Made by a program: the position numbers and the translations under genes. Shown here one piece after another: positions 31,678 to 41,043 of a stretch of DNA of 64,000 nucleotides. The DNA comes from Arcobacteraceae bacterium (lineage in GTDB: Bacteria > Campylobacterota > Campylobacteria > Campylobacterales > Arcobacteraceae), in the NCBI GenBank assembly GCA_965224485.1, contig CBDCZH010000015.1, positions 512,001 to 576,000 of the forward strand, in the 5' to 3' direction. The notes beneath the pieces were generated by a model that was given only the letters and a program-made list of their open reading frames with translations, searched no databases and was not told the origin of the DNA. How positions within the stretch are numbered: position 1 is the first letter of the stretch; each line of letters starts with the position of its first letter.

Positions 31678-32355
31678 ATGAAATTTTCTAGTTTTTCTTT
31701 TACCCATCCAGGGCATCAAAGAAGAATAAACGAAGATGCATACTATTCAAATGATGAGATTGGATTATGGATAGTATGTGATGGAATGGGTGGTCATGAA
31801 GATGGTAATTTTGCAAGCCATTTAGTAACTGATACTTTTGAAAGCTTAAGTTTTGAAGGTGAGTTCAATACAAGTGTTGATAAAATTATAAAAACCGTGC
31901 ATTATATTAAAACAAAACTTGATAAAAGAGTTAATCAAAATAAAAACAAAGCTATTATTGGTACAACTTTAATGCTTTTATATATTAAAAAAGATAAAGC
32001 TATTTGTATTCATGCAGGAGATAGTAGGTGTTATAATTTAAGAGATAATAGGCTCTCCTTAGTAACAATTGACCATGCAAAAGAATTAATTCATAATAAC
32101 TCTTCAAGAAAAGTTCTTACAAATGCTTTATTCGCACCAGGTGATATTTCAATTGAAACAAAAAAGTTTAAAGTTAAGAAAAATGATACTTATTTATTAT
32201 GTAGTGATGGTTTATATGACAAAGTAAATAACAATTTATTAAAAGAAGCAATGAGTGAAAAAGACTTATCTTTAGCAATGAAGAGATTAAGCCAACATAT
32301 TTTATCAAATGAAGCAGATGATAATATAACTGGAATATTAGTAGGTGTACAGTGA
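31678..32355 (+). CDS. pppA: PP2C Ser/Thr phosphatase (PppA/Stp-type)
   Basis: NEDA, CDGMGGH, GDSR, LCSDGL and DNIT. Confidence 0.9.
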   Translation: MKFSSFSFTHPGHQRRINEDAYYSNDEIGLWIVCDGMGGHEDGNFASHLVTDTFESLSFEGEFNTSVDKIIKTVHYIKTKLDKRVNQNKNKAIIGTTLMLLYIKKDKAICIHAGDSRCYNLRDNRLSLVTIDHAKELIHNNSSRKVLTNALFAPGDISIETKKFKVKKNDTYLLCSDGLYDKVNNNLLKEAMSEKDLSLAMKRLSQHILSNEADDNITGILVGVQ

Positions 32356-33221
32356 ATAAAAAAGAGGATGTTAAAAAGAAAAAAACTATTCAAAAAAAGA
32401 TTAAAAAACTTATGAATGAAGGTATTGGTTTATTGAACTCACGATATACACTGGAAGAAGAAATTGGAGTTGGTGGACTTAGTCGTGTATATAGAGCAAA
32501 AGATATATATTGTGAATATTTTAATGACAAAAGAGAATTAGCTATTAAGATTCCTTCTAAAAAACTTCTTAGTAAAAAAGATATTGCAGCTTTTGTTTAT
32601 AGTGAGTTTGCATATTTAAGACAAATAAATCATGAGAATATTGTAAAAGTATTAGATTTCGGAATTGATATTAAAACAGAATTACCTTATATAGTTTTAG
32701 AATACTTAGAAGGTGATTTACTTTATGATTTGCCTTTACACAAAATGTCAAAAGAGTTTAAAATAGCATTATTTGAAAATCTTTTTGAAGCTATCTCTTA
32801 TATTCATAAAAAAGATATTATTCATGCTGATATAAATCCTAAAAATATAATGGTTTCTTTAAAAGAGAAAATAACTCTTTTTGATTTTGGTATTTCTCAA
32901 TACAATAATGATAGAAAAGGTCTTTGCTTAGAATATGAAAATGCAAAAGCTTATAATCCAAAATATTCTGCTCCTGAAATACTAAAGGGAAAAGAACCAA
33001 GTGTACATTCAGACCTTTTTTCTTTTGCTTGTGTAGTTTACGAAGTTTTTTCAGAAGTTTTACCTTTTAAAGAAAGTTCACTAGATTTAGAAAAAAATCC
33101 CCTAAGTAAAAAAAATTGTTCTAATAAAATACCTTATACCTTACGTAAATGGATTATATCTGCTCTAAATATTGATCCTTTAAGAAGAAAAAAGGACTTA
33201 CCTTTTATACATACTTTTTAA
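32352..33221 (+). CDS. Soluble Ser/Thr protein kinase (PpkA/Stk-type)
   Basis: IGVGG, LAIK, HADINPKN, DFG and APE; no TM segment; GTG start (true start may be a later ATG). Confidence 0.88.
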   Translation: MNKKEDVKKKKTIQKKIKKLMNEGIGLLNSRYTLEEEIGVGGLSRVYRAKDIYCEYFNDKRELAIKIPSKKLLSKKDIAAFVYSEFAYLRQINHENIVKVLDFGIDIKTELPYIVLEYLEGDLLYDLPLHKMSKEFKIALFENLFEAISYIHKKDIIHADINPKNIMVSLKEKITLFDFGISQYNNDRKGLCLEYENAKAYNPKYSAPEILKGKEPSVHSDLFSFACVVYEVFSEVLPFKESSLDLEKNPLSKKNCSNKIPYTLRKWIISALNIDPLRRKKDLPFIHTF

Positions 33222-33329
33222 ATTCTAAGAAAAAAATATCTAAATTTGTTATGATTTAATCATAAATTAAATTATTTTTAATCGATTATTGTATATAGTT
33301 ATAGGGTTAATTTACACAAAGGAAAAACA

Positions 33330-33854
33330 ATGAATAATCCGATTTTTATTTCAATCGAAGGAAGTACACAAGGTTTAATTACTGAAGGTGCATTTACACC
33401 AGAATCTGTAGGGAACTCTTATCAAGAAGGTCATGAAAATGAGACAATTGTAAAAGCATTTTCTCATACTATTGATATCCCAAGAGATCCACAGTCAGGT
33501 CAACCATCAGGTCAAAGAACACATAAGCCATTAAAAGTTTCTAAACTTTTTGATAAAGCTTCTCCTCTTTTATATAATGCACTTACAAAAGGTGAGACTT
33601 TAACTAAAGTTGAAATGAAATGGTACAGAACTTCTTATGAAGGTAAACCTGAGCATTATTTTACGCTTTTATTAGAAGATGCTGTTATTGTTGACATCTC
33701 ATCTAGTATGGGTATGGAAGAAGGTTCTTCTACTTCTCAAGTTTCTCCTTTAGAAGATGTATCTTTTGCATATAGAAAGATTACATGGAGACATGAAATC
33801 GCTTCAACATCTGGTGAAGATGATTGGAGAGTTGGTGTTGGAGCTTCTGCTTAG
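33330..33854 (+). CDS. hcp: T6SS tube protein Hcp
   Basis: QG.IT.GAFT.ESVGN.YQEGHE, PRDPQSGQPSGQR.H and YRKITW.H. Confidence 0.97.
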   Translation: MNNPIFISIEGSTQGLITEGAFTPESVGNSYQEGHENETIVKAFSHTIDIPRDPQSGQPSGQRTHKPLKVSKLFDKASPLLYNALTKGETLTKVEMKWYRTSYEGKPEHYFTLLLEDAVIVDISSSMGMEEGSSTSQVSPLEDVSFAYRKITWRHEIASTSGEDDWRVGVGASA

Positions 33855-33864
33855 ACATATATTT

Positions 33865-33885
33865 GTGAAGCTTTTAAAGCTTCAC
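33865..33885 (+). terminator. Hairpin GTGAAGCTTT-T-AAAGCTTCAC after hcp
   Basis: Perfect inverted repeat 10 nt after the hcp stop. Confidence 0.65.
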
Positions 33886-33948
33886 TTATAGTATTTATTG
33901 TGAAAACAATTTAGTTTTTACAGTAAATTCTATATAAGGACTCAGATT

Positions 33949-36825
33949 TTGTCTAATTTCGATACCCAAATAAATGATAAACTAAAAGATTTATCTTCAC
34001 AAATAAATCAAAAAGTAACTGCACGTTTAGCGTTTAAAAACTATAAAAAAAATCTATCATATGATGGAACGTATAGTGTTTACTCTTTTAGAGGAGAAAG
34101 CAGCGTTAATAAAACTTACTCTTTTATTATAAAGTTTATTAGTGATTTCCAAATCAATATAGAAGAACTTGTTGATACTGATATAAAATTAAATATAGAT
34201 GATGAAAATAGCTCTCAAGAAAAAACTATTTATGGTAAAATTTTCAAAGCTTCTCAAGATTCTGTTGTTGCCTCAAAATTTATGTATGAAATTGAAGTAG
34301 TTTCACCAGCTAAATATTTAGACTTTAATAATAGATATGAAATCTATCATCAAAAAAGAATAAGTGAGATAATTGTAGAAGTTTTTAACAGATACTCTGC
34401 TTTATTAAATATCCAAATTGAAGAAAAAATAGATTTAAAAACAGCCCCAATAAGAGAATATACAACACAATATAATCAAAGTGATTTAGAGTTTATAACA
34501 ATGTTATGTGAAGAAGAAGGTTATAGTTTAATTTATCACTATTCATATCATGATAAAGATTTTTTTAAAGAGCCTTATTTAATTACTATTTGTGAACTAA
34601 ATGAACACTGTAAAATAATAACAAACTCTGCAACTGGAAGTTTTAATAAAAGTAAACAGTTTTCACCTTCTTATATTATTGAAGATTATTATGATGAAGA
34701 TAAACCATCCTTAGAGATGAAAACATCTTTTGGCTCTCAACTTCAAAGTGAAACTCTGCTTGATAATCAAAGTACTTCACAATTAAGAGCTGATATAAAA
34801 AAGAATATTTTTAGAGATAAATTAAATATTTTAGATGAATCTTTATTTAAAGATTTAAAAAGATATAACAAAAATGATTCTTATGCTTCTTTTGCACAAG
34901 AGCGAATTATAAAAGGAAGTTCCCAAGAATTATATGTTCATGATTGTATGAGTATTGAATTACATGATGAAAAAGCAAATAAAAATTTTGATGTAATTAT
35001 TTTAAGAACAAAATATGAAGGTTTTTTTCCAAATGCTTTAGAGAATTATATAGAAGAAGAGTTAAGTAAAGATGGTTTAGAGTATGAAGTAAGTTTTACT
35101 GCCATTCCCAAAGATATAATTTATAAACCTTCAAGAACTATTTATAGAGAAAAAATACATGGAGTGCAAACAGCAATAGTGTCTTCAGGGGTAAAAGAAT
35201 CAAGTGAGCATGCAAATGAAATTGATGTTGATAATGAAGGAAGAATTAGAGTACTTTTTCACTTTGAAGAAAATAATGCAACTTCAACATATGTAAGGCT
35301 TTCAAACTTTTTTAGTGGAGATGGATATGGTTCTCAATTTTTACCAAGAGTAAATTCAGAAGTATTAGTAAGTTTTATAAATGGAGATATTGATAAACCT
35401 ATAATTATAGGCTCAGTTCATAATGGAGAAAATAAAAATCCATATAACTTACCAAAAGAGAAAACAAAATCCTTTATAAAAACTCACTCTATTCCAGCGC
35501 ATGAAGAAGAGTTTGGTTATAACGAACTAAGTTTTGAAGATAAAAGAGGAGAAGAAGTTTTAGGTCTTAGAGCTCAAAAAGATTTCAAACTTCATGCACA
35601 AAACAATCAATATATAAATATAGATAATAACTCACAAAGTGTTATTGGAAATGATGAAGATATTACAATTAAAAACAATTATACAAAAATCGTAGGAAAA
35701 AATAGTACAAGAACAATAAAAGTAAATGATATAAAAGTAGTTGAAAAAGAAGAAATTCATACTATAAAAGAAGATAAAGAACTCCATGTTTTAAAAGATT
35801 TTAATACTATTGTAAAAGATAACCAAAAAACAATAGTTGAGCATGATATGATTACAAGAGTAAAAGGAATTTTACATCAATACGTACAAGATGATGTAAA
35901 ACACAAACTTCTAAAAAATCTTTTCATTCAAGTAGGACGTGATTATAGATTAGATGTACAAAATGCCTATCATTTAAAATCAAGCACTATTAAACACACA
36001 ACAGGAACCTTTGAAATTGAAGCCTCAAATGGAATAACTTTAAGATGTGGAGGATCTGTTTTAACAGTTGATGGCAGTGGAATTCACTTAAAAGCCCCAA
36101 TAGTTGACACAGCATCAAGTAATAGTGGAGTAAGTGCAAAAGCAATTCATAAACCCCTAATAGAAAAACCCCTATACAATAAAATAAGAGTTACAAACCT
36201 AAGCGTAGATGTGACAAAACAAAATGACATAAAAGATGTTCTAACTTTCAAAGCAGAAGTTGAAGTATATGAAAACGATGCATGGATAGCGAAAACTGAA
36301 CTAAATGAGACTCAAAAGTCACAAGTTATCTGGGCTTTTATAAAAAACAATGATAAAAGTGATAGAGATATACTAACAGACAATCCTATGAATGATGTGA
36401 TAAGTGATAATGGATTAGTTCTTACAGTAAACATACAAGAGGATAATATATATAAATTTACCCACGTTCATGCATATGTAGTCGACCCAGAAGATGAAGG
36501 GTATGTTATATCGGAACTACAAAGATATTTAGAGGTTGATGATATAGCTACAGAATATTCTTCAAAAGAAGAAGGTACTTGTACAGCTATTTTAAATATT
36601 GACGAGCCAAGAGAAGAAGAGATTTCACAAATTAGATGGAATATCAATGATAATGATAAAGCAGATTATAATGCAAAAGAAGAAATAACTCATAACTTAA
36701 AAGATGAAAAAGTAAGAGAAACAATTTTTAAAGCTTATATAGATGGAAAAAAAGAAGATGCCGCTGTTGCTGAACTTGTTTATGATGAAAGAAGTGAGGA
36801 AAAAGTTAAAGAAAATGCAAAATAA
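33949..36825 (+). CDS. vgrG: T6SS spike VgrG with ~230-aa C-terminal extension
   Basis: QYNQSDLEF, GVQTAIV, GRIRV.FH, LPRVNSEV.V.FINGDIDKP, YNELSFED, RAQKD, ITLRCGGS.L.VD.SGI; TTG start after AAGGA. Confidence 0.93.
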   Translation: MSNFDTQINDKLKDLSSQINQKVTARLAFKNYKKNLSYDGTYSVYSFRGESSVNKTYSFIIKFISDFQINIEELVDTDIKLNIDDENSSQEKTIYGKIFKASQDSVVASKFMYEIEVVSPAKYLDFNNRYEIYHQKRISEIIVEVFNRYSALLNIQIEEKIDLKTAPIREYTTQYNQSDLEFITMLCEEEGYSLIYHYSYHDKDFFKEPYLITICELNEHCKIITNSATGSFNKSKQFSPSYIIEDYYDEDKPSLEMKTSFGSQLQSETLLDNQSTSQLRADIKKNIFRDKLNILDESLFKDLKRYNKNDSYASFAQERIIKGSSQELYVHDCMSIELHDEKANKNFDVIILRTKYEGFFPNALENYIEEELSKDGLEYEVSFTAIPKDIIYKPSRTIYREKIHGVQTAIVSSGVKESSEHANEIDVDNEGRIRVLFHFEENNATSTYVRLSNFFSGDGYGSQFLPRVNSEVLVSFINGDIDKPIIIGSVHNGENKNPYNLPKEKTKSFIKTHSIPAHEEEFGYNELSFEDKRGEEVLGLRAQKDFKLHAQNNQYINIDNNSQSVIGNDEDITIKNNYTKIVGKNSTRTIKVNDIKVVEKEEIHTIKEDKELHVLKDFNTIVKDNQKTIVEHDMITRVKGILHQYVQDDVKHKLLKNLFIQVGRDYRLDVQNAYHLKSSTIKHTTGTFEIEASNGITLRCGGSVLTVDGSGIHLKAPIVDTASSNSGVSAKAIHKPLIEKPLYNKIRVTNLSVDVTKQNDIKDVLTFKAEVEVYENDAWIAKTELNETQKSQVIWAFIKNNDKSDRDILTDNPMNDVISDNGLVLTVNIQEDNIYKFTHVHAYVVDPEDEGYVISELQRYLEVDDIATEYSSKEEGTCTAILNIDEPREEEISQIRWNINDNDKADYNAKEEITHNLKDEKVRETIFKAYIDGKKEDAAVAELVYDERSEEKVKENAK

Positions 36826-38239
36826 AATAAATAATTCTATTAAAATTCTACTCTTTATTTCTATCATATTTCTATTAACTTCTTGTGGAAGTAAAGAAGA
36901 TATTGATAAAGAGATTTTTACAGTAATTAATAAAAAAGAGTATAAACAAAATACCTTATGCAAAGAGCAAGTAAAAACAAATAAACAATATATGCAGTGT
37001 TTAGAAAGTAAAACACAAGAAAATCCAAGTATAGAAAACCTAAACTATTTAGCAGGTGTTTATGCAGTAAAAAAAGATTACAAAAAAGCTATATCTTTAT
37101 ATGAGAAATCAGCTTCTAAAGGTGATAAAAAAGCTCAATACTATTTAGGTGGTATATATTTTGAAGAGTTAAAAGATGATAAAAAAGCTTTAGGATACTT
37201 TTTAAAAATCAAAGACTATTCTGAGAGTATTTGCAAAATTGGTTTAATTTATCATAAAGAGTCCTCTCAAAAAGCTAAAAAGTTTTATGAAAAAGAATTA
37301 AAAGATAAAAATAGTATCGCAGGTGTTTGTTTAGGAAGATACTATTTAAAACTTAAAATGTATAACTTTAGTGAAAAAGCTTATAAAAAAGCAGAAAAGC
37401 TAGGAAATATTCAAGCTTTATATGAGTTAGGTTCACTCAATTCTGCTTATTTAAAAGATAAAAAAGCTGCAATGAATTATTATAGAAAAGCAGCTTTAAA
37501 AGGTGATGTTAAATCAGTTCATAATATCGCTGTTTTAAATGATAAAAACTTTAAGTTTGACGAAGCAAAGAAGTGGTATGAACTTTCTTGTAAAGCTGGG
37601 GATAAGAACTCTTGTTTAGGATTAGCTCATGTTTATAGAAAAGAGAAAAACTATACAAAAGCCATAGCGATTTTTACTTCTTTAGGAGATAGAGGAGATG
37701 CTAGAGGCTATAACGATGCTGGTTTAATTTATGTAAGAGAGTTTAAGGATTTTGATAAGGCTGTAGATTCTTATAAAAAAGGTTTAAAATTAGGTAATGG
37801 CTCAGGAGCATCAGGAATTGCTATTGCCTATGAATTACTTAAAAAAGATTATGATAAAGCAATAGAATGGTATACAAAATCTTATGCAATGGGAAGTTTA
37901 GGAGGAACATATACTTTTGCTAATTTTTATAAAAATACATTAAAAGATAATATAAATGCTCTTAAATGGTTTAAAAGATATGAAAAGATAAATCATTTTG
38001 AAGGAAGTTTTATTCTTGGTAATTTTTACAGAAAAGATTTAAAAGATTATAAAAAAGCAATACTTTGGTATAAAAAATCTATTGCCTTATTAAACTATAG
38101 AGCGATGACAAATCTAGCAAATCTTTATTATTTTGATTTGAAAGACAAAGAAAAAGCAATAGAATGGTATAAAAAAGCTTATAAAAATGGAAGTTCAAAA
38201 GCGAAACTGCAATTAATAAACTTAGGAGTCATAAAATGA
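36815..38239 (+). CDS. Sel1-repeat lipoprotein, probable Tle1 immunity protein
   Basis: Lipobox LTSC; about ten KDY.KA..WY.K Sel1-like repeats; overlaps the vgrG stop and the tle1 start. Confidence 0.8.
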   Translation: MQNKINNSIKILLFISIIFLLTSCGSKEDIDKEIFTVINKKEYKQNTLCKEQVKTNKQYMQCLESKTQENPSIENLNYLAGVYAVKKDYKKAISLYEKSASKGDKKAQYYLGGIYFEELKDDKKALGYFLKIKDYSESICKIGLIYHKESSQKAKKFYEKELKDKNSIAGVCLGRYYLKLKMYNFSEKAYKKAEKLGNIQALYELGSLNSAYLKDKKAAMNYYRKAALKGDVKSVHNIAVLNDKNFKFDEAKKWYELSCKAGDKNSCLGLAHVYRKEKNYTKAIAIFTSLGDRGDARGYNDAGLIYVREFKDFDKAVDSYKKGLKLGNGSGASGIAIAYELLKKDYDKAIEWYTKSYAMGSLGGTYTFANFYKNTLKDNINALKWFKRYEKINHFEGSFILGNFYRKDLKDYKKAILWYKKSIALLNYRAMTNLANLYYFDLKDKEKAIEWYKKAYKNGSSKAKLQLINLGVIK

Positions 38240-40977
38240 CTGAAAAACGTTCTTTAGGAAGAGTTTATTTCAATGACTTAGACTTTTTTCATTTAGCTTC
38301 TTTTTCAAATGAAGAGGATAAAACTTGTGCTTATGATGAGAGAACAAGATGGGCTTATTTAGTTCTTAATAAAGAAGAAACTAAAAAACTTGTGGGTAAT
38401 GAAAGTGATAATGAAAAAATATTAAATAAAGTAAAAAACAAGTATAAAAAATACTTATTAGATGCAGTGAAGAGAGAAAGTAAAGATTTAACTTCTTTTC
38501 AACTTAAATCAAATGAGTTAAAAATTGATAATAAATATGTAAAACTAATCTCAGCATCACTTCATGGTTCAAAATCATTAGGAAGTATTTTAAAAACAAA
38601 GCAATACTTTTGTGCTTATGAACATGACTTAAGTAGTGAAGAAAAGAGTAAAAAAGAAACTCAAATAAGTTCAACTCTTAGTTTTACAGCACAAAAAGTA
38701 CAAGATATTTTAGATAGAGAAAAAGATGAGTTTAGAAAAACTTCAAAAGAGAATAATAAAGCAAATATTCTTATCTCTATGCCTTATGTTTATAACTTCA
38801 ATGAAGATAGTAAGATAAAAGAGTTAGAACTTACTTCTTATGAAGATAAGATAAACATATCATTTATGCCTAAACTTCAAGTAGAGTATGGGGTCTTTTT
38901 TGATGGAACTAATAATAATATGTACAATGTTGATTTTTATCATTCGATGACGAAGGTAGTGAGTAAGAAAACTAAATATATTCAAGAAAATATTTATGAA
39001 GAATCTGAGAAAGAACAGGATGAAAAAGACTATAGAAGTGTTGAAGAATACATAATTTCAGAAGACAATCCTTCACAAAACTCTCATATTATGAATATGC
39101 TTCGTGATGAAATTATTACTAGTGTTCGTTACTTTGAGGAAGATTCAAAAGATGATGAAAAATCTGATTATGATTCTTATTTTTCTAGAGATAATGCTTC
39201 TAAAGATAGTGAGTATATTTTTGAGTTTTTACTTCAAGTAAAAAACACTTTAAAAAATAATCTTAATAAAGATTTTTTTGATAAAGTAATTGCTTCTATT
39301 CCTAATCCAATCACTAGAGGTGCTTTACAAGATTTAACCAAGGAGAAAAAAATTGATGGGACACCTAAAGAAATAAGAGACTTTATAGTTGCTGATATTT
39401 TACCAAGTGAAGGAAGTTATACAAATGGATATACAAATATTAAACGTTTGTATGATTCTTATAAAGGAAATGATAAGCTAAATAAAAGTGAAACTGCACA
39501 TAAGGAGTATAGAAAATACTTCAAAGTTTATGCATCTGGTTCTGGAACTATTGATCCAATTGATGAAGAGGAGTTAGAAAGTGATGAGTTTTTTGGTTTA
39601 GGTTTAGGGTTTGGAAAAACAGGTATTTTAGAACATATTATTTATACTTGTGAAAAAATGATAACTCAATTAAGAGTAGAATCAATAAATAGTATTGATG
39701 AATTAGTTCTTGATACCTTTGGTTTTTCAAGAGGTGCTACAGAAGCTAGACATTTTATTTGTTCCATTTTAGAAAATTATGAAAAAAAGAAGCATCAACA
39801 CCGAGAATATAATTTAAATACAACAGATCAAAGTAAATCTCAAAATATTTTTTCACCATTTTATAAATATGATGGAGTTTATGCTGTTATTGATAATGAA
39901 GTACATTTTAATCCCTTGTGTACTCATATAAAAGAAGTTGAAGTTCCTTTACTCCATACTATGTCACTTACTAAAGCTGTAATAAAATCAATATTTAGTG
40001 ATGAAAAAAAAGTTATTGTGAAAAATGAGTATTATAAAAAAGATTTTACTATTGAAAGTTTATCTTTTAGATTTACAGGAATTTACGATACCGTAACTCA
40101 CTATGGTCTTTTACAATCAAATGATGCTAGTGATTTAAAACTTCACTTTGATGAAAAAAAAGTTGGCAAAGTTGTTCATATTATGGCAGAAAATGAATAT
40201 AGATTTAACTTTGAAGCACATAGTGCTTTAGAAAATAGAAGTGAAAAAAAGGATAATATACTTGAATTTTCACTACCTGGTGCTCATGCTGATGTAGGAG
40301 GTGGATATGTAGATAATCAAGATGATAGTGTAATTTTATCTATGAAACTACAAAATGCAGCAGTTATTAAGAATTTAAATAAATTATACTCTATTCATCC
40401 CTCTTATAAACCTATTGGTAAGTATTTAGCTGAAATGAAAAAAGAAACAAATAGAGCTTTTGAAAATAGATTAATTGCTTGGAATAAAAAATATGCCTGG
40501 TGTAAAAAAAGTGTTCCTAAAACTATTCCAATTGTAAAAGACTTTACATCTTTAAAAAATGAAGATATTAAAGATGGTTTTTATAAAAGTAAAAATAGTA
40601 CATTTTATTATATGCACAGAACAAATATATCAAATAAGTATGAGTATGTTCCTTTAACAATAATGTATGATAAAAGTATTGAAGATAAAAATAAAGAAGA
40701 ACATCCTCCTTTTAAAGATATAAAAAAAGAGTTTGCAATAAAAGATGAATTCTTAAAAAATAACATCTATAAATCCCTATATCAAGAACAAAAAATTAGT
40801 CAAGATGATTTATTTACATTAAGACAAAACTACATGCATCACTCTAGTTCATGGTTTAGTCTTACAAATATCTCAGCTATTGCAAATATCCCTTCTATTT
40901 TAGGAAATAAAAGTGTAAAGAATGAAATTTTTGGAAAAAGGATTATTTATGGTTCAAAAGGAGGAGAGTTTAAATAA
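38236..40977 (+). CDS. T6SS Tle1-family (DUF2235) phospholipase effector
   Basis: GVFFDGTNNN, TNI.RLY, FGFSRGATEAR (catalytic Ser), GIYDTV and PGAHADVGGGY. Confidence 0.88.
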   Translation: MTEKRSLGRVYFNDLDFFHLASFSNEEDKTCAYDERTRWAYLVLNKEETKKLVGNESDNEKILNKVKNKYKKYLLDAVKRESKDLTSFQLKSNELKIDNKYVKLISASLHGSKSLGSILKTKQYFCAYEHDLSSEEKSKKETQISSTLSFTAQKVQDILDREKDEFRKTSKENNKANILISMPYVYNFNEDSKIKELELTSYEDKINISFMPKLQVEYGVFFDGTNNNMYNVDFYHSMTKVVSKKTKYIQENIYEESEKEQDEKDYRSVEEYIISEDNPSQNSHIMNMLRDEIITSVRYFEEDSKDDEKSDYDSYFSRDNASKDSEYIFEFLLQVKNTLKNNLNKDFFDKVIASIPNPITRGALQDLTKEKKIDGTPKEIRDFIVADILPSEGSYTNGYTNIKRLYDSYKGNDKLNKSETAHKEYRKYFKVYASGSGTIDPIDEEELESDEFFGLGLGFGKTGILEHIIYTCEKMITQLRVESINSIDELVLDTFGFSRGATEARHFICSILENYEKKKHQHREYNLNTTDQSKSQNIFSPFYKYDGVYAVIDNEVHFNPLCTHIKEVEVPLLHTMSLTKAVIKSIFSDEKKVIVKNEYYKKDFTIESLSFRFTGIYDTVTHYGLLQSNDASDLKLHFDEKKVGKVVHIMAENEYRFNFEAHSALENRSEKKDNILEFSLPGAHADVGGGYVDNQDDSVILSMKLQNAAVIKNLNKLYSIHPSYKPIGKYLAEMKKETNRAFENRLIAWNKKYAWCKKSVPKTIPIVKDFTSLKNEDIKDGFYKSKNSTFYYMHRTNISNKYEYVPLTIMYDKSIEDKNKEEHPPFKDIKKEFAIKDEFLKNNIYKSLYQEQKISQDDLFTLRQNYMHHSSSWFSLTNISAIANIPSILGNKSVKNEIFGKRIIYGSKGGEFK

Positions 40978-41043
40978 TGCACACACAGCCTGAAGAGAAA
41001 GGTAACTCTTCTGATACTATATATAAAACAATTAAATAATAAA

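Noticed and set aside
31598..31678. Independent 26-aa ORF MKLKGSLSKIFTRSNPLRGFRLNGNI
   Set aside because: No SD; better explained as the frameshifted C-terminus of TssM
35940..36540. Apparent codon-usage shift in the 3' part of vgrG (recombined cassette)
   Set aside because: Visual impression only; needs a sliding-window codon/GC analysis
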